Assembly (NCBI GenBank): GCA_964248365.1
Contig: CAXTYC010000011.1
Span: 1-64,000, forward strand
Length of the DNA stretch: 64,000 bases
Reading direction: 5' to 3'
DNA from: an uncultured Chroococcidiopsis sp.
Lineage (GTDB): Bacteria; Cyanobacteriota; Cyanobacteriia; Cyanobacteriales; Chroococcidiopsidaceae
In this document: one piece after another, positions 20,683-31,337 of the stretch
Layout: each line of letters starts with the position of its first letter
Position numbering within the stretch: the stretch's first letter is position 1
The notes under the pieces: model-generated
Told to the model about the DNA's origin: nothing
Databases searched by the model: none
What the model saw: the letters and a program-made list of their open reading frames with translations, nothing else
Made by a program: the position numbers and the translations under genes

Positions 20683-20865
20683 GATTGATCGAGATCTGAA
20701 CACAAAGGCGATCTACTTGTTCTACTTACAGCATATAGCAGGCAGGGGGGCAGAGGGGGCAGAGGGGGAGATGAGGAGAGGGGGAGAAATTACCTTTACC
20801 CTTTACCGCAATACCTCTTTACCCTTTACCCTTTCACGAATTACGAATTACGAATGCGCGAATTT

Positions 20866-22230
20866 CTACTGTGTGACTGTTGCTAGTTGTTGCTTGAGCT
20901 TATCAACATTTACATTGTGCTGATTACTGGCTTCAACTTGAAGCTGATTGCGCCACGCTGTAATCTTATCTTGTCTTTCTCTCAGACGATTGAGAACATA
21001 ATTGTTGTACTGGGTATTGGGTTGGTTAAGCGCTGCTAATTGGTTTGTTTGGGTAATAATTTGACCTAATTCTCGATTCATTTTTATTGTGATGCAAGCT
21101 ATTAGACGATTTAGATCGAGAGGAATATTTGTGGCTACTTGGTTTTGATTGACTACACTAACTGTTGTAGAGCGATTCAATTCATTTGTATTCTTGACAC
21201 CCTCAAAGGCTCGATTGAATTGATTTTCACTGCGAACTGAGAAATACTCTCCCCCACCTGCTTGGGCTACTGCTTTCAACTGCCGTCTATCTGCTCTGTT
21301 CACATTCAATCCAATTACATTTACAATTACTTTGGCATTGGATGTGTGTAACGCTCTAGCTGCTGCCACTGGATCGCCATCACAGTTTTCATTTCCATCG
21401 GAAACTACATAAACAACATTTTGGTTCGTTGCACTGTCGTAGCTAGAAAAGTTTTGGTTCAAAAGCTCTAATGTTGCGGATAGTGGGGTAAAGCCAGTAG
21501 GTTGGAAAGAATCGATAGCTTGAGTAAACCGTAAATTGTCTAACTGGCTAATTGGATAAATAGTTTCAATTCCCGCGCAAGAAATAGCTTTATCTACTTG
21601 TTGGTTTGAGCCTTTATGACCATATACAGTTAATCCTACGTGGGCTTCTTTTGGCAAAGAGTTGACAAAAGTAGCGATCGCCCCTTTCGCTATATCAAGT
21701 TTTGTTTTGCCTCCGAGTGTGCTAACCATAGAACGGGAAGAATCTACAACAACTAGCACGTTGAGTTGCTTTGAGGATGGTTGTTGTTGAGTTTCACCTG
21801 ATGCTACTTCATCTAGATTAGCTGCAACTTGTTCCAGGCACTGCTGATAATTCTCACCATACTGAGCTAGTATTTTTTGATAATAAGCTTCAGCTGCATA
21901 CGCCGCTGTATAACTTGATGCTAAAGATTGAGTATTGGGTTGAGTTATTGCGCTTTGTTGAGTATTCGATGCTGTATAACTTGATGCTAAAGATTGAGTA
22001 TTGGGTTGAGTTATTGCATTTTGTTGAGTATTCGATGCTGTATTAGTTGATGCTATGGGTAGGGAGTTCTGTTGAGTTATCGCATTCGGTTTATTACTCT
22101 GTGGGGTAGGAGTTCCACTTGGATCGGTTGAGTATTGCTTTTGACGCGAATCACAACTTTCAAGATTTAGCAGCAAGAAAGGAAACATCAAAATTAGTAA
22201 AGCACGGACAGCAGTTAATTTCATTTTCAT
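20866..22230 (-). CDS. Secreted/lipoprotein VWA-domain protein with tandem 22-aa repeats
   Basis: Hydrophobic N-terminus ending LESC; MIDAS DSSRS, GFTPL, VSDGNENC. Confidence 0.85.
   Translation of the reverse strand: MKMKLTAVRALLILMFPFLLLNLESCDSRQKQYSTDPSGTPTPQSNKPNAITQQNSLPIASTNTASNTQQNAITQPNTQSLASSYTASNTQQSAITQPNTQSLASSYTAAYAAEAYYQKILAQYGENYQQCLEQVAANLDEVASGETQQQPSSKQLNVLVVVDSSRSMVSTLGGKTKLDIAKGAIATFVNSLPKEAHVGLTVYGHKGSNQQVDKAISCAGIETIYPISQLDNLRFTQAIDSFQPTGFTPLSATLELLNQNFSSYDSATNQNVVYVVSDGNENCDGDPVAAARALHTSNAKVIVNVIGLNVNRADRRQLKAVAQAGGGEYFSVRSENQFNRAFEGVKNTNELNRSTTVSVVNQNQVATNIPLDLNRLIACITIKMNRELGQIITQTNQLAALNQPNTQYNNYVLNRLRERQDKITAWRNQLQVEASNQHNVNVDKLKQQLATVTQ
21905..22085. repeat. 66-bp coding tandem repeat (about 2.7 units) in the VWA gene
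   Basis: Units begin at 21905, 21971 and 22037 (gctgtat...). Confidence 0.85.
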
Positions 22231-22352
22231 TCCTCACCTACGCTGTTTTTATACTGCAATCCTCTATCTTTGAAGGAAATTAATCAAACATAATTGCTTT
22301 AAACATCAGTATACTTTTTCATGGAAACTGAATAATCTGTGTATTTGTTTAA

Positions 22353-22417
22353 GTAGAGGTGGGTTTAATTAAAATATCTATTGTCGCTAGCAAGTTTTTT
22401 GGTGAACCCACCCCTAC
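22353..22417 (+). repeat. Intergenic copy of the ~64-bp GTAG-ended element
   Basis: gtagaggtgggttt...aatatctat...gaacccacccctac. Confidence 0.65.
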
Positions 22418-22795
22418 TAACTGGCATGATAAATAAATTGTCTCAGATTGGGAATCATAAATTTGTCTACCTCGTATCTTGACAATAGATCTTGCATCGA
22501 GGGATTGCCTGGAGGAACCAGAGTCTCCTAACCCTCAAAGGCAAGGCTAGGTTCCTTGTCACCAAAAAATAGAGTCCTCGCCTCAATTAAAATTGCATCG
22601 TAGAGATGCGCGATTGATTGCGTCTCTACAAAATCATGCTTCGGACTTGTTTTGACAACGGTAGCGTGCATTTGTGTGCTGCACGTAACAATTGAATTTT
22701 CAACCATGAAGGTTAAATCAGTCTACTGTTTTTGGGAAATATGAATTCATCCACTGGGTAACTTCATCCTACAGATCCATATTTCCGTAAAAGAA

Positions 22796-24574
22796 ATGCA
22801 TCTAGCTATTTTTGTGCGATCCCGCCTCTACCTGGCAATATTTTTGACATTGATTTTAACCGCTTGTCAAAAGCTTCAATCTCGCAGTATACCTCAAAAT
22901 CCCCTCCTCCAAGATCCGTATGTTCAGGTTTATTTTAATCACACACAAGGCTCAGAGTATACTGAACCTTATCGCCATCAAACTCGAAGGGGAGACGACT
23001 TAGAAAAACAGATAATTGATGCGATCGCTCAGTCTAAATTTTCTGTAGATGTAGCAGTTCAAGAGTTACGCTTACCCAAAATTGCCCAGTCTTTGGTAGA
23101 GCGACAAAAAGCCGGAGTTAAGGTAAGAGTAATATTAGAAAATACCTATAGTCGTCCTTGGAGTGAATTCACAAGAGCCGAAGTAAATAAACTCCCACCA
23201 AGAGAACGCCAGCGTTACAACGAATTTATTCAGTTAGTAGACCAAAATAAAGATGGTATTGACTCCAACGAAATCAATTCTTCAGATGCTTTAGTAATTT
23301 TACATCGAGCAAAAGTTCCTTGGATTGATGATACCGCTGATGGTTCACTTGGTAGCAACTTAATGCACCACAAATTTATTATTGTTGATCGACATAACTT
23401 GATTGTTACCTCAGCCAATTTTACTACCTCTGATATTCATGGCGATTTTAGCAATCCTCAAACTACAGGTAATGCTAATAACCTGTTAAAAATTAATAGC
23501 CCCCAGTTAGCAGCTTTATTTACTGAAGAATTTAATTTAATGTGGGGATCAGGTAACTTATTAAGCAAATTTGGGTTAAAAAAAACCTACCGACCACCAA
23601 AGCAAGTAAAAGTTGGAAACAATACTATAACAGTACAATTTTCTCCCACATCTCCAACTCAACCTTGGGATCAGAGTAGTAATGGTTTGATTGGTAAAAT
23701 ATTAAGTTCATCTCACAAATCTGTAGAATTAGCATTATTTAATTTTTCCGATCAACGCCTTGCTAACATTTTAGAAAACGACAATCAAAAAGGTGTCCAA
23801 ATTCGAGCTTTAATTGACCCACAATTTGCATATCGACCATATAGCGAAGCCTTGGATATGATGGGATTAAAATTAGGCTGTAAAGATGAAGCAAATAACC
23901 ATCCTTGGCGACAGCCAATTAAAACTGTAGGTATTCCTCAATTATCTAAAGGTGATTTATTACATCACAAGTTTGGAATTATAGACCAGCAAACAGTAAT
24001 TACAGGTTCACACAACTGGTCAGATGCAGCAAATAAAGCTAATGATGAAACACTTATAGTTATTAATAATCCTCTAGTTGCAGCCCATTATGAGCAAGAA
24101 TTTGAACGTTTATACAAGAATGCTCAATTAGGTGTGCCAGCTAGAATTCCGAAAAAAATTCAATCACAAAAACAATGTCCTCAACTACAAGAGGATATGG
24201 GGCGTAGTAGTAGGGGCGAGTTCAATAGAGATATCTATAGGAAGCATGACAATCTTGAAAAACCCGCCCCAACAGAAAATACCAATAATCTACAAATGGA
24301 TCTAAGGCGAAGTAGGGGCGGGTTCAATAGAGATATATATGGGAAAAAAGATATTGAAAAACCCGCTTATACATATCAACCGATTCAAAAAATCAATCTC
24401 AATACAGCTACTTTGGAGGAATTAGAATCTCTTCCAGGTGTGGGAAATAAATTGGCACAACGGATAATTGAAGCGCGTCAGCAACAAAAATTTACATCTC
24501 TAGAAGACTTAGATAAAGTGCCTGGGGTGGGTGATAAACTGCTGGAGAAATTGAGCGATCGCGTGACTTGGTAA
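22796..24574 (+). CDS. comA: Competence protein ComA (two PLD-like nuclease domains plus C-terminal HhH DNA-binding domain), lipoprotein
   Basis: LTAC lipobox; HHKFIIVD and HHKFGIID HKD motifs; INLNTATLEELESLPGVG HhH. Confidence 0.85.
   Translation: MHLAIFVRSRLYLAIFLTLILTACQKLQSRSIPQNPLLQDPYVQVYFNHTQGSEYTEPYRHQTRRGDDLEKQIIDAIAQSKFSVDVAVQELRLPKIAQSLVERQKAGVKVRVILENTYSRPWSEFTRAEVNKLPPRERQRYNEFIQLVDQNKDGIDSNEINSSDALVILHRAKVPWIDDTADGSLGSNLMHHKFIIVDRHNLIVTSANFTTSDIHGDFSNPQTTGNANNLLKINSPQLAALFTEEFNLMWGSGNLLSKFGLKKTYRPPKQVKVGNNTITVQFSPTSPTQPWDQSSNGLIGKILSSSHKSVELALFNFSDQRLANILENDNQKGVQIRALIDPQFAYRPYSEALDMMGLKLGCKDEANNHPWRQPIKTVGIPQLSKGDLLHHKFGIIDQQTVITGSHNWSDAANKANDETLIVINNPLVAAHYEQEFERLYKNAQLGVPARIPKKIQSQKQCPQLQEDMGRSSRGEFNRDIYRKHDNLEKPAPTENTNNLQMDLRRSRGGFNRDIYGKKDIEKPAYTYQPIQKINLNTATLEELESLPGVGNKLAQRIIEARQQQKFTSLEDLDKVPGVGDKLLEKLSDRVTW
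24210..24372 (+). repeat. Two in-frame copies (24210-24273, 24312-24372) of the GTAG-ended element in the comA linker
   Basis: gtaggggcg(a/g)gttcaatagagatat...gaaaaacccgc. Confidence 0.85.
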
Positions 24575-24584
24575 CAGCCTTAAC

Positions 24585-25442
24585 ATGAATCCAATTATAC
24601 TATTACCCCTTGTACTTGCTACTAATAGTAATCCTCACCATCTTACCTGGCAAGAGCAACTCAATGAAATTACAGCTTCACCTGTTGTGGACATCCTCAC
24701 ACAGCACTATGCAAGCGTTTCGCAACGACCAGATTTTGGTAAGTACTTCCAACAAGCTAACGTCAAGGGTACTTTCATTTTGTACGACCTCAAAAAAGAC
24801 CAGTACCTTGTCTACAATTCTAAACGGGCAAACACTCGTATCATTCCCGCCTCAACATTTAAAATTTTCAACTCACTGGTTGCGCTTGAAACTGGCTCCG
24901 TGAAGGATGAAAATGAAGTGATCAAATGGGATGGTGTGAAGCGCGAGTTTCCAAAGTGGAACCGAGATCAAACGATGAGAACTGCAATCAAAGACTCGGT
25001 AGTTTGGTTCTACCAGGAATTAGCAAGGCGCATTGGTCAGGAACGAATGCAGCATTACATTAATTTAGCAGGTTATGGCAATCGAGACATCAGCGGTGGA
25101 ATTGATCAGTTTTGGTTGCACGGAGGATTACGCATTTCACCTAAAGAGCAAATTGATTTGCTAGTGAAGTTGTACCACAACCAACTACCCTTTTCCCAAC
25201 GGACAATGAATATTGTCAAAGATATTCTGCTCAATGAGAAAACAAACAATTATGTATTGAGAGGAAAAACAGGGTGGGCGACGGATTTCACACCGCAGGT
25301 TGGCTGGTATGTAGGCTATTTAGAACGTAACGATAACGTCTATTTTTTTGCCCTCAACATGGATATTACTAAGCCAGAAGATACCAAGGCAAGGATAGCT
25401 ATTACCAAGAGTATTTTGCAGGATATGGGTTTGCTCGACTAG
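24585..25442 (+). CDS. Class D (OXA-type) beta-lactamase
   Basis: STFK, SVV, YGN and KTG motifs in class D spacing; FWLHGGLRIS. Confidence 0.9.
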   Translation: MNPIILLPLVLATNSNPHHLTWQEQLNEITASPVVDILTQHYASVSQRPDFGKYFQQANVKGTFILYDLKKDQYLVYNSKRANTRIIPASTFKIFNSLVALETGSVKDENEVIKWDGVKREFPKWNRDQTMRTAIKDSVVWFYQELARRIGQERMQHYINLAGYGNRDISGGIDQFWLHGGLRISPKEQIDLLVKLYHNQLPFSQRTMNIVKDILLNEKTNNYVLRGKTGWATDFTPQVGWYVGYLERNDNVYFFALNMDITKPEDTKARIAITKSILQDMGLLD

Positions 25443-25542
25443 TTTTGGAGAGTTTCTAAGTTGATTTAAAGCGATCGCACTACCTGGTAACAGGCTCAAC
25501 GCTTGCTATGCTGAAAGTAGCCCTGCATCGCCCATCAAACCT

Positions 25543-26742
25543 ATGTCCCAACAACCTACACGCATCTGTATTCTCGGTGGCGGCTTTGGTGGTTTATACA
25601 CAGCACTACGCCTTAGCCAGCTACCTGGGGAAAAATCGGAAAAACCAGAAATTGTCCTAGTCGATCAAAGCGATCGCTTCCTCTTCTCTCCCCTACTCTA
25701 CGAACTCCTGACTGGGGAACTACAAACTTGGGAAATCGCCCCGCCTTTTGCGGAACTCTTGGCTGGTACTGGTGTGCGATTCTATCAAGGCGTGGTGGCG
25801 GGAATTGACATCGACGAACAAAGGGTACAGTTACACGATGGTCCAGAAATTCCTTACGATCGCTTAGTACTGGCGCTGGGTGGCGAAACGCCTATGGATA
25901 TAGTACCAGGGGCGATGTCCTATGCCTTTCCCTTCCGATCGCTTGCAGATGCTTATCGTTTGGAAGAACGGCTAAGAGTGCTAGAAGAGTCGGAAGCAGA
26001 TAGAATTCGCATAGCAATTGTTGGCGGTGGCTACAGTGGTGTTGAATTGGCGTGTAAGCTATCAGATCGATTTGGAGAAAGAGCTAGAATTCGACTAATT
26101 GAACTAACTGACCAAATTTTACGGACTTCGCCAGAATTTAACCGCGAAGCAGCCAATAAAGCACTCGAAGCTAGAGGCGTTTGGATTGATTTAGAAACCA
26201 AAATAGAGTCAATGGAACCAAACGCGATCGCCCTAGAATACAAAAATCAAGTTGATACCATCCCAGTAGATTTGGTAATTTGGACGATAGGAACAAGAGT
26301 ATCGCCAGTTGTGCGATCGCTTTCGCTCAAGCAAAATCAACGCGGTCAACTCACCACTACTCCCACTCTACAAGTAGTAGATCATCCAGAAATCTTTGCT
26401 TTGGGTGATTTAGCTGATTGTCGTGATGCTGAAGGTCAACTCGTCCCAGCCACCGCCCAAGCCGCCTTTCAGCAAGCCGATTATACAGCCTGGAATATTT
26501 GGGCAAGTCTAAGCGATCGCCCCTTACTTCCTTTCCGCTACCAGTACCTAGGGGAAATGATGACACTGGGAATCAACAATGCCACTTTAACAGGTCTAGG
26601 CATAAAACTAGATGGAACTCTAGCACACGTCGCCCGTCGTCTTGCCTACCTGTATCGAATGCCAACTTTAGACCATCAACTTAAAGTTGCATTAAATTGG
26701 ATTACCCGTCCTATTTTGGAGGCGCTACGCACTAAAGACTAG
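25543..26742 (+). CDS. ndbB: Type II NAD(P)H dehydrogenase, NdbB/NDC1-like (demethylphylloquinone reductase-like)
   Basis: RICILGGGFGGLYTALRL, LLYELLTGELQTWEIAP, GGGYSGVELA, PATAQAAFQQAD. Confidence 0.75.
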   Translation: MSQQPTRICILGGGFGGLYTALRLSQLPGEKSEKPEIVLVDQSDRFLFSPLLYELLTGELQTWEIAPPFAELLAGTGVRFYQGVVAGIDIDEQRVQLHDGPEIPYDRLVLALGGETPMDIVPGAMSYAFPFRSLADAYRLEERLRVLEESEADRIRIAIVGGGYSGVELACKLSDRFGERARIRLIELTDQILRTSPEFNREAANKALEARGVWIDLETKIESMEPNAIALEYKNQVDTIPVDLVIWTIGTRVSPVVRSLSLKQNQRGQLTTTPTLQVVDHPEIFALGDLADCRDAEGQLVPATAQAAFQQADYTAWNIWASLSDRPLLPFRYQYLGEMMTLGINNATLTGLGIKLDGTLAHVARRLAYLYRMPTLDHQLKVALNWITRPILEALRTKD

Positions 26743-26851
26743 TACCTAGTAGGGTGGCCATTGCCCACCTTACTTTTTTTATATGGTTCGCCTTTACTTT
26801 AACAAGGGTAAAAATATAAATTCTACCAATTCACTCTCTGGACGCAACACA

Positions 26852-26936
26852 TTTGATCCCCCTTCCGTCCCCCAATTCGTCGGGGAAAACTCCTGTCAGC
26901 GGAGCTATTAGTATTAGGGGGGCATGGGGGGTCAAA
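26852..26936. repeat. C/G-tract palindromic element; related copy in frame in NRPS1 at 45729-45812
   Basis: tttgatcccccttccgtccccc...ggggaa...gctatta...ggggggcatggggggtcaaa. Confidence 0.7.
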
Positions 26937-26967
26937 TATAGCAAGTATTTAACAAAATCGTATTCCG

Positions 26968-27615
26968 ATGAAGCAACCCAAAGTTATTTTTTTAGATGCT
27001 GTTGGTACACTGTTTGGAGTTAAAGGCAGTGTGGGCAAAGTTTATGCAGAAATAGCAGAGACTTTTGGCGTTACAGTTTCAGATGATGCTTTAAATCGAG
27101 CGTTTTTTCAAAGTTTTAAAACATCTCCACCGCCTATATTTCCAGGTGTAGACAAGCAAGAAATTCCTAAATACGAATTTGACTGGTGGCATTCAATTGC
27201 CTTACACACTTTTCAACAAGTAGGCGTTTTAAATTCTTTTTCGGATTTCTCTGCTTTTTTTAGCGAACTTTACGCTTACTTCGCCACAGCCAAACCTTGG
27301 TTTGTTTATCCTGATGTATTAAATGCGCTTGCTAATTGGCAACAATTAGGAATTGAATTAGGAGTTTTATCTAATTTTGATTCTCGACTATACTCAGTTT
27401 TGCAAGCGCTTGAACTAGCACAGTTTTTTACCTCTGTTACCATTTCAACCGAAGTAGGCGCAGCTAAACCCCTTCCACAAATTTTTGCAGCTAGCTTAGA
27501 GAAACATCATTGTCTAGCCGAAGACGCTTGGCACGTTGGCGATAGTTTTAAAGAAGACTATGAAGGAGCCTCATTAGCTGGGATGAGAGCAATTTGGCTC
27601 CAGCGTAGCGAGTAA
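26968..27615 (+). CDS. HAD-superfamily hydrolase (subfamily IA)
   Basis: FLDAVGTL, LSNFD, KP, HVGDSFKEDY motifs. Confidence 0.9.
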   Translation: MKQPKVIFLDAVGTLFGVKGSVGKVYAEIAETFGVTVSDDALNRAFFQSFKTSPPPIFPGVDKQEIPKYEFDWWHSIALHTFQQVGVLNSFSDFSAFFSELYAYFATAKPWFVYPDVLNALANWQQLGIELGVLSNFDSRLYSVLQALELAQFFTSVTISTEVGAAKPLPQIFAASLEKHHCLAEDAWHVGDSFKEDYEGASLAGMRAIWLQRSE

Positions 27616-27684
27616 TCTAGTAGGGTGGGCATTGCCCACCATTTCTAGTAGAATAGTCAGCCTCCACCTGAATATACTATTCAA

Positions 27685-29160
27685 TTAGCTATAAGCAGAT
27701 TGCTGATCTGGTCGATGAATAATTGTCTCCATCACGCGGCGTTTTGACTGCGGTTCTATGCCAAATATCCGCAAATATTCGCCTTCATACTCAGATAAAG
27801 CTGTTTCTAAAGCTACAATCGCTTCTGATTCACCAACAATAATCTGACCGCAAGAGAGCCAAGTATTAAGTCTAAACCGCCGCTTATCTACGTGTTCTAT
27901 GCCAATATGATAACCTTGTGCCAAAAGATGACGCACCTGCTCAAGAGTTTCTAAGCTAATTTGACCAGCTATTACGTCATTGTGACGACTATGATCCATA
28001 TTAACTTTATAAGGTTCAACAGATTTTTTTGATTCGTACCGAGTTTCGGGGAGGTGAATATTCTCGTTCAGGAAGTAATTATGAGATTGCCAAACAGGAT
28101 TTGTATTTTGTGCTAATGGAGATTGCACTTGTTTAATTTTTTCTGGCGATGAAGATTGCACTTGTTGAGTTTTTTCTGACAATCCGTTATTACTGCGTGG
28201 AGTTGAATTATTCTCCTGCTTTAATGGCTTCTGTTCAATCTGAGGTGGAGAATATTCTTTAAAATATTGATTACCAGATTGCGAGGTTTGATTATACTCC
28301 CTGACTAATCCCGAATCTTGCACTCGCTGCTGTTCCTGAACCATAAAGTTACCCATCTCAATTAAGTGAGACAAGCTGAAATCAGGCTTTTTAAATTCTG
28401 GTGGCTTTTCTGCACTATTAACTACTCGTAAGGATATGCGCTCAAAACCTACTTGGTGAATAAAGTCGCGGATTTGTTCGTCATATATCCGAGAACGCAA
28501 AGCACTAAAGAAGTCAACTGACTGATTTGGAAAAGTATCGACTAGCTGTTCAATTTCCCGCGAAGATAGTCTATCAGAAGCAAAAATTCCTCCAACAATC
28601 CCTATCTTGTCATCGCGATCGGGTTCCCAGTAAAATTTCTCCATCCGACCATCTCGAATTAATGGCGCATACAGGGTGGTAAAATCATTTCCTGTAACGA
28701 TAATTGGTACGCGATGCAAAGGTGTTGAATCATAGCTACCAGGTAGTTGCACATCGGTGGGATTATCAGCAATATTCATCAGTGTGCCATTCACTAGCTG
28801 TGTATTTACTGTGTACTGAGTGCCTTCATCGAAGCGTCCTGCACCTGCATCTAAATCGTTGATCATCAGCGCACACATTTTGCCACGCACTCGGATCAAT
28901 TCTGCTGTTTCCCGATAGCGCAAACGAATTAAACGTGCTGGATCTCCTGCATCTGGACTTTCTAATTCACCACCAGATATGTGAGTTACTTCGACACCCA
29001 TTTTCTCGAAAGCTAACTCACATTGAAATGTTTTCCCCTCTCCTTTGCGTCCATGAATTCCCAGAATTAGGGGTACTCTGACTCCGGGAAGATCGAGGTA
29101 GTTTTTAGTAATGTGAACACCAATTTTGTCAAGAAAGCGTGGAGAAATGTAGTAGCTCAT
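27685..29160 (-). CDS. rca: Rubisco activase (AAA+) with C-terminal RbcS-like domain
   Basis: GRKGEGKT Walker A, INDLDAG Walker B, LYAPLIRDGRMEKFYW, C-terminal GIEHVDKRRFR...RVMETIIHRP. Confidence 0.95.
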   Translation of the reverse strand: MSYYISPRFLDKIGVHITKNYLDLPGVRVPLILGIHGRKGEGKTFQCELAFEKMGVEVTHISGGELESPDAGDPARLIRLRYRETAELIRVRGKMCALMINDLDAGAGRFDEGTQYTVNTQLVNGTLMNIADNPTDVQLPGSYDSTPLHRVPIIVTGNDFTTLYAPLIRDGRMEKFYWEPDRDDKIGIVGGIFASDRLSSREIEQLVDTFPNQSVDFFSALRSRIYDEQIRDFIHQVGFERISLRVVNSAEKPPEFKKPDFSLSHLIEMGNFMVQEQQRVQDSGLVREYNQTSQSGNQYFKEYSPPQIEQKPLKQENNSTPRSNNGLSEKTQQVQSSSPEKIKQVQSPLAQNTNPVWQSHNYFLNENIHLPETRYESKKSVEPYKVNMDHSRHNDVIAGQISLETLEQVRHLLAQGYHIGIEHVDKRRFRLNTWLSCGQIIVGESEAIVALETALSEYEGEYLRIFGIEPQSKRRVMETIIHRPDQQSAYS

Positions 29161-29970
29161 AAATCTGTGGGATAGATGGATCTGCCTAAAATTAATGTTA
29201 AATTTTTCTGACTCATGGGTGAAGCATAGATTTCCATATACTCGATTGTTGAGTATTTATGCTTCTTGAATCGCTAATTGCCTAGATGTCTTTTCCTCAA
29301 AAAGTTTAGTCTATTTCGGTATGCTTAGTGCTGAAAATGCTTATTTAGATCCACACCGCATACGGTTGAAGAAGATAACAATTTCACATCAAGACCTGGC
29401 AAGAACTGGGGGCGAAAACTTTAGAACAGCGCTTTTTTGACGCAATCTGGAGATATCGGGCATATCTCGGTCACAGACCAGATCGACATCAGATGGGTAA
29501 AGGGCTGGAGAGTTGCGATCGCCGACTATTAATTGCACTACGTTCTAATTGTGAAAACACTTGAGCATAACTATATTTAGAATACCATTTTTCTATTTCA
29601 CTATCTCCCAACTTTGAGCAGATTTTGCTGCTTGCAATCAAGCGCGAAACAAAACACTACTCGCCCCTATGCCGTTTATCTTGCCTAGGATAGACCAAGA
29701 CTAGGCTAAAATTTATACCTACGGGTTGACCGTGATTTTACTCTAGGAAGATGTTCTACAGCCGTTGACTTGCTAATTTCTATTCATAATCTTAGTTTTG
29801 CAAAGTTTATTTAGAAGTGTCAATGATTTAACAATTGGTTTTGTCCCCTCACTGTTATGGTGTGAATTTTGTTAAATAAGAGTTCTCGACTTTTGAAAGT
29901 AGCGGTTAGCTGGCGCGCTATTAGCCGGATTGCTGTTAGTTTGTCTTCTTAGCAAGATAGTACCTAGCTT

Positions 29971-30561
29971 TTGGGGAGCTTTAATACTCATGAGTCAATC
30001 AGTTACTACACCATTCAAGCTTACAAAGAGTTAGAAAAGTTTTATTCGAGTCCAAATCAAACTTCTCACGCTACGAATTACTCGACTAATACATCTAATA
30101 CTGCTAATACTGCTAATACATCTAATACTGCTAATACATCTAATAGCCCAACTACCATTCGGTTATACCTGCGCCGATACCTGGGCAGCATTATTGCAAT
30201 AGTGGTTGTGGTGAATGTTGTAAATGTTGTTGCTTTGGTCTTCATGACATCACGTAATTCTAGTTCTAAAAATAATTCCAGTCCTCCAATTGCTTCGAGT
30301 CCTCCTCCAATTGCTTCGAGTCCTCCAACTGCTTCTAATCTTCACCAACCACAATAGTGCCGTATTATTGCGCCTACAGTGGGGACAAGTGCTAGATTAT
30401 TTACTCAACCTTCTTCATACGCTGATACAGGTAAAAGAATCCCTCAAGATACGAGAGTCTCATTTCTTGGAGAGATGCGTGAATTTGCCGAGATTAGTTT
30501 GAGCGATCGCACGACGGGTTGGGTGTTCAACGATCAAATACGTCCTTGTACTAATCCTTAA
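29971..30561 (+). pseudogene. Membrane-anchored protein with SH3-like C-terminal domain, split by an in-frame TAG
   Basis: Track ORFs 29971-30357 and 30379-30561 share one frame; read-through gives HQPQ*CRIIAPTVGTSARLF...TTGWVFNDQIRPC; true 5' end unclear. Confidence 0.65.
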
Positions 30562-30584
30562 ATAGATTTGTTCATAAATGAAAT

Positions 30585-31187
30585 TTATTTGAACCAATTT
30601 ATCCAAGCTTCCCAGTTTTGCACTATTTCTGCAAATTCTGTATAACCTGCTGTGGGATGAGCGCCATCATTTGCTTGTGCTTCATTCAGCCAAATATTTG
30701 ATTTCTCTAATTTAGAAAAAACATCTAAATAAGGCACATTTATTTCGCTACAAACTAAAGCAAACTGTTTAGATAAATCCCTAATTCGATTATTCTGTTC
30801 CTCATCTACAACTGGCGCTGGACTTATCATCAAAACCGGATATAATTGTTTAGCTTCACTCAATATTGTCCTCGTGTTTTCGATAGAATCTGCAAAATTA
30901 ATCCGAGTTTTACCATTTTCTATTGTTGTCTCATTCGTACCAAAACAAAATACAATCCTGCCGTCATATTCTTTTGGTAGGCGATCAGAAACTTCCCTCT
31001 GCCAGCGATTTTTTAGTTCAGCACTAGTCTCGCGTCTAACTCCTAAATTGTAATAGGTAATGTCGTAACCTTTTTTATTAGCATTAACACAGATTCTGCC
31101 TGCCCAACCAAGGCATTCTGGATCGCCAGTACCGTTAACAAATGATTCGCCAACAAAGCAAATTCTTACTGATGGTAATTTTAACAT
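30585..31187 (-). CDS. SGNH/GDSL-family esterase/lipase
   Basis: FVGESFVNG, NLGVRRET, FGTNE, DGAHP. Confidence 0.88.
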   Translation of the reverse strand: MLKLPSVRICFVGESFVNGTGDPECLGWAGRICVNANKKGYDITYYNLGVRRETSAELKNRWQREVSDRLPKEYDGRIVFCFGTNETTIENGKTRINFADSIENTRTILSEAKQLYPVLMISPAPVVDEEQNNRIRDLSKQFALVCSEINVPYLDVFSKLEKSNIWLNEAQANDGAHPTAGYTEFAEIVQNWEAWINWFK

Positions 31188-31198
31188 CTAAAAAATTA

Positions 31199-31255
31199 GT
31201 AGGGTGGGCATTGCCCACCATCCAAATTTAATATAGTGGGCAATGCCCACCCTAC
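31199..31255. repeat. Inverted REP doublet (REPIN/BIME-like)
   Basis: gtagggtgggcattgcccacc...gtgggcaatgcccaccctac. Confidence 0.85.
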
Positions 31256-31256
31256 T

Positions 31257-31294
31257 AAAATAAGAGAGGCGGATAATTCCGCCTCTCTTATTTT
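31257..31294 (-). terminator. Rho-independent terminator downstream of rbcS
   Basis: aaaataagagaggcgga-taat-tccgcctctcttatttt, perfect stem with A/T flanks. Confidence 0.8.
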
Positions 31295-31337
31295 GGGAAT
31301 TACTTACATTCCCTTAATTTTTTTCAATTCTTCAGCT

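Noticed and set aside
21905..22085. Possible CRISPR array (also considered for 24210-24372 and 30085-30335)
   Set aside because: The repeats are in-frame coding units without a series of unique spacers, and there are no cas genes in the window
24585..25442. Integron cassette origin for the OXA-like gene
   Set aside because: No attC-like GTTRRRY/RYYYAAC structure or integrase recognised nearby
29340..29565. Possible gene remnant (…QELGAKTLEQRFFDAIWRY…) upstream of rca
   Set aside because: No start codon or recognisable family; cannot be supported without BLASTX
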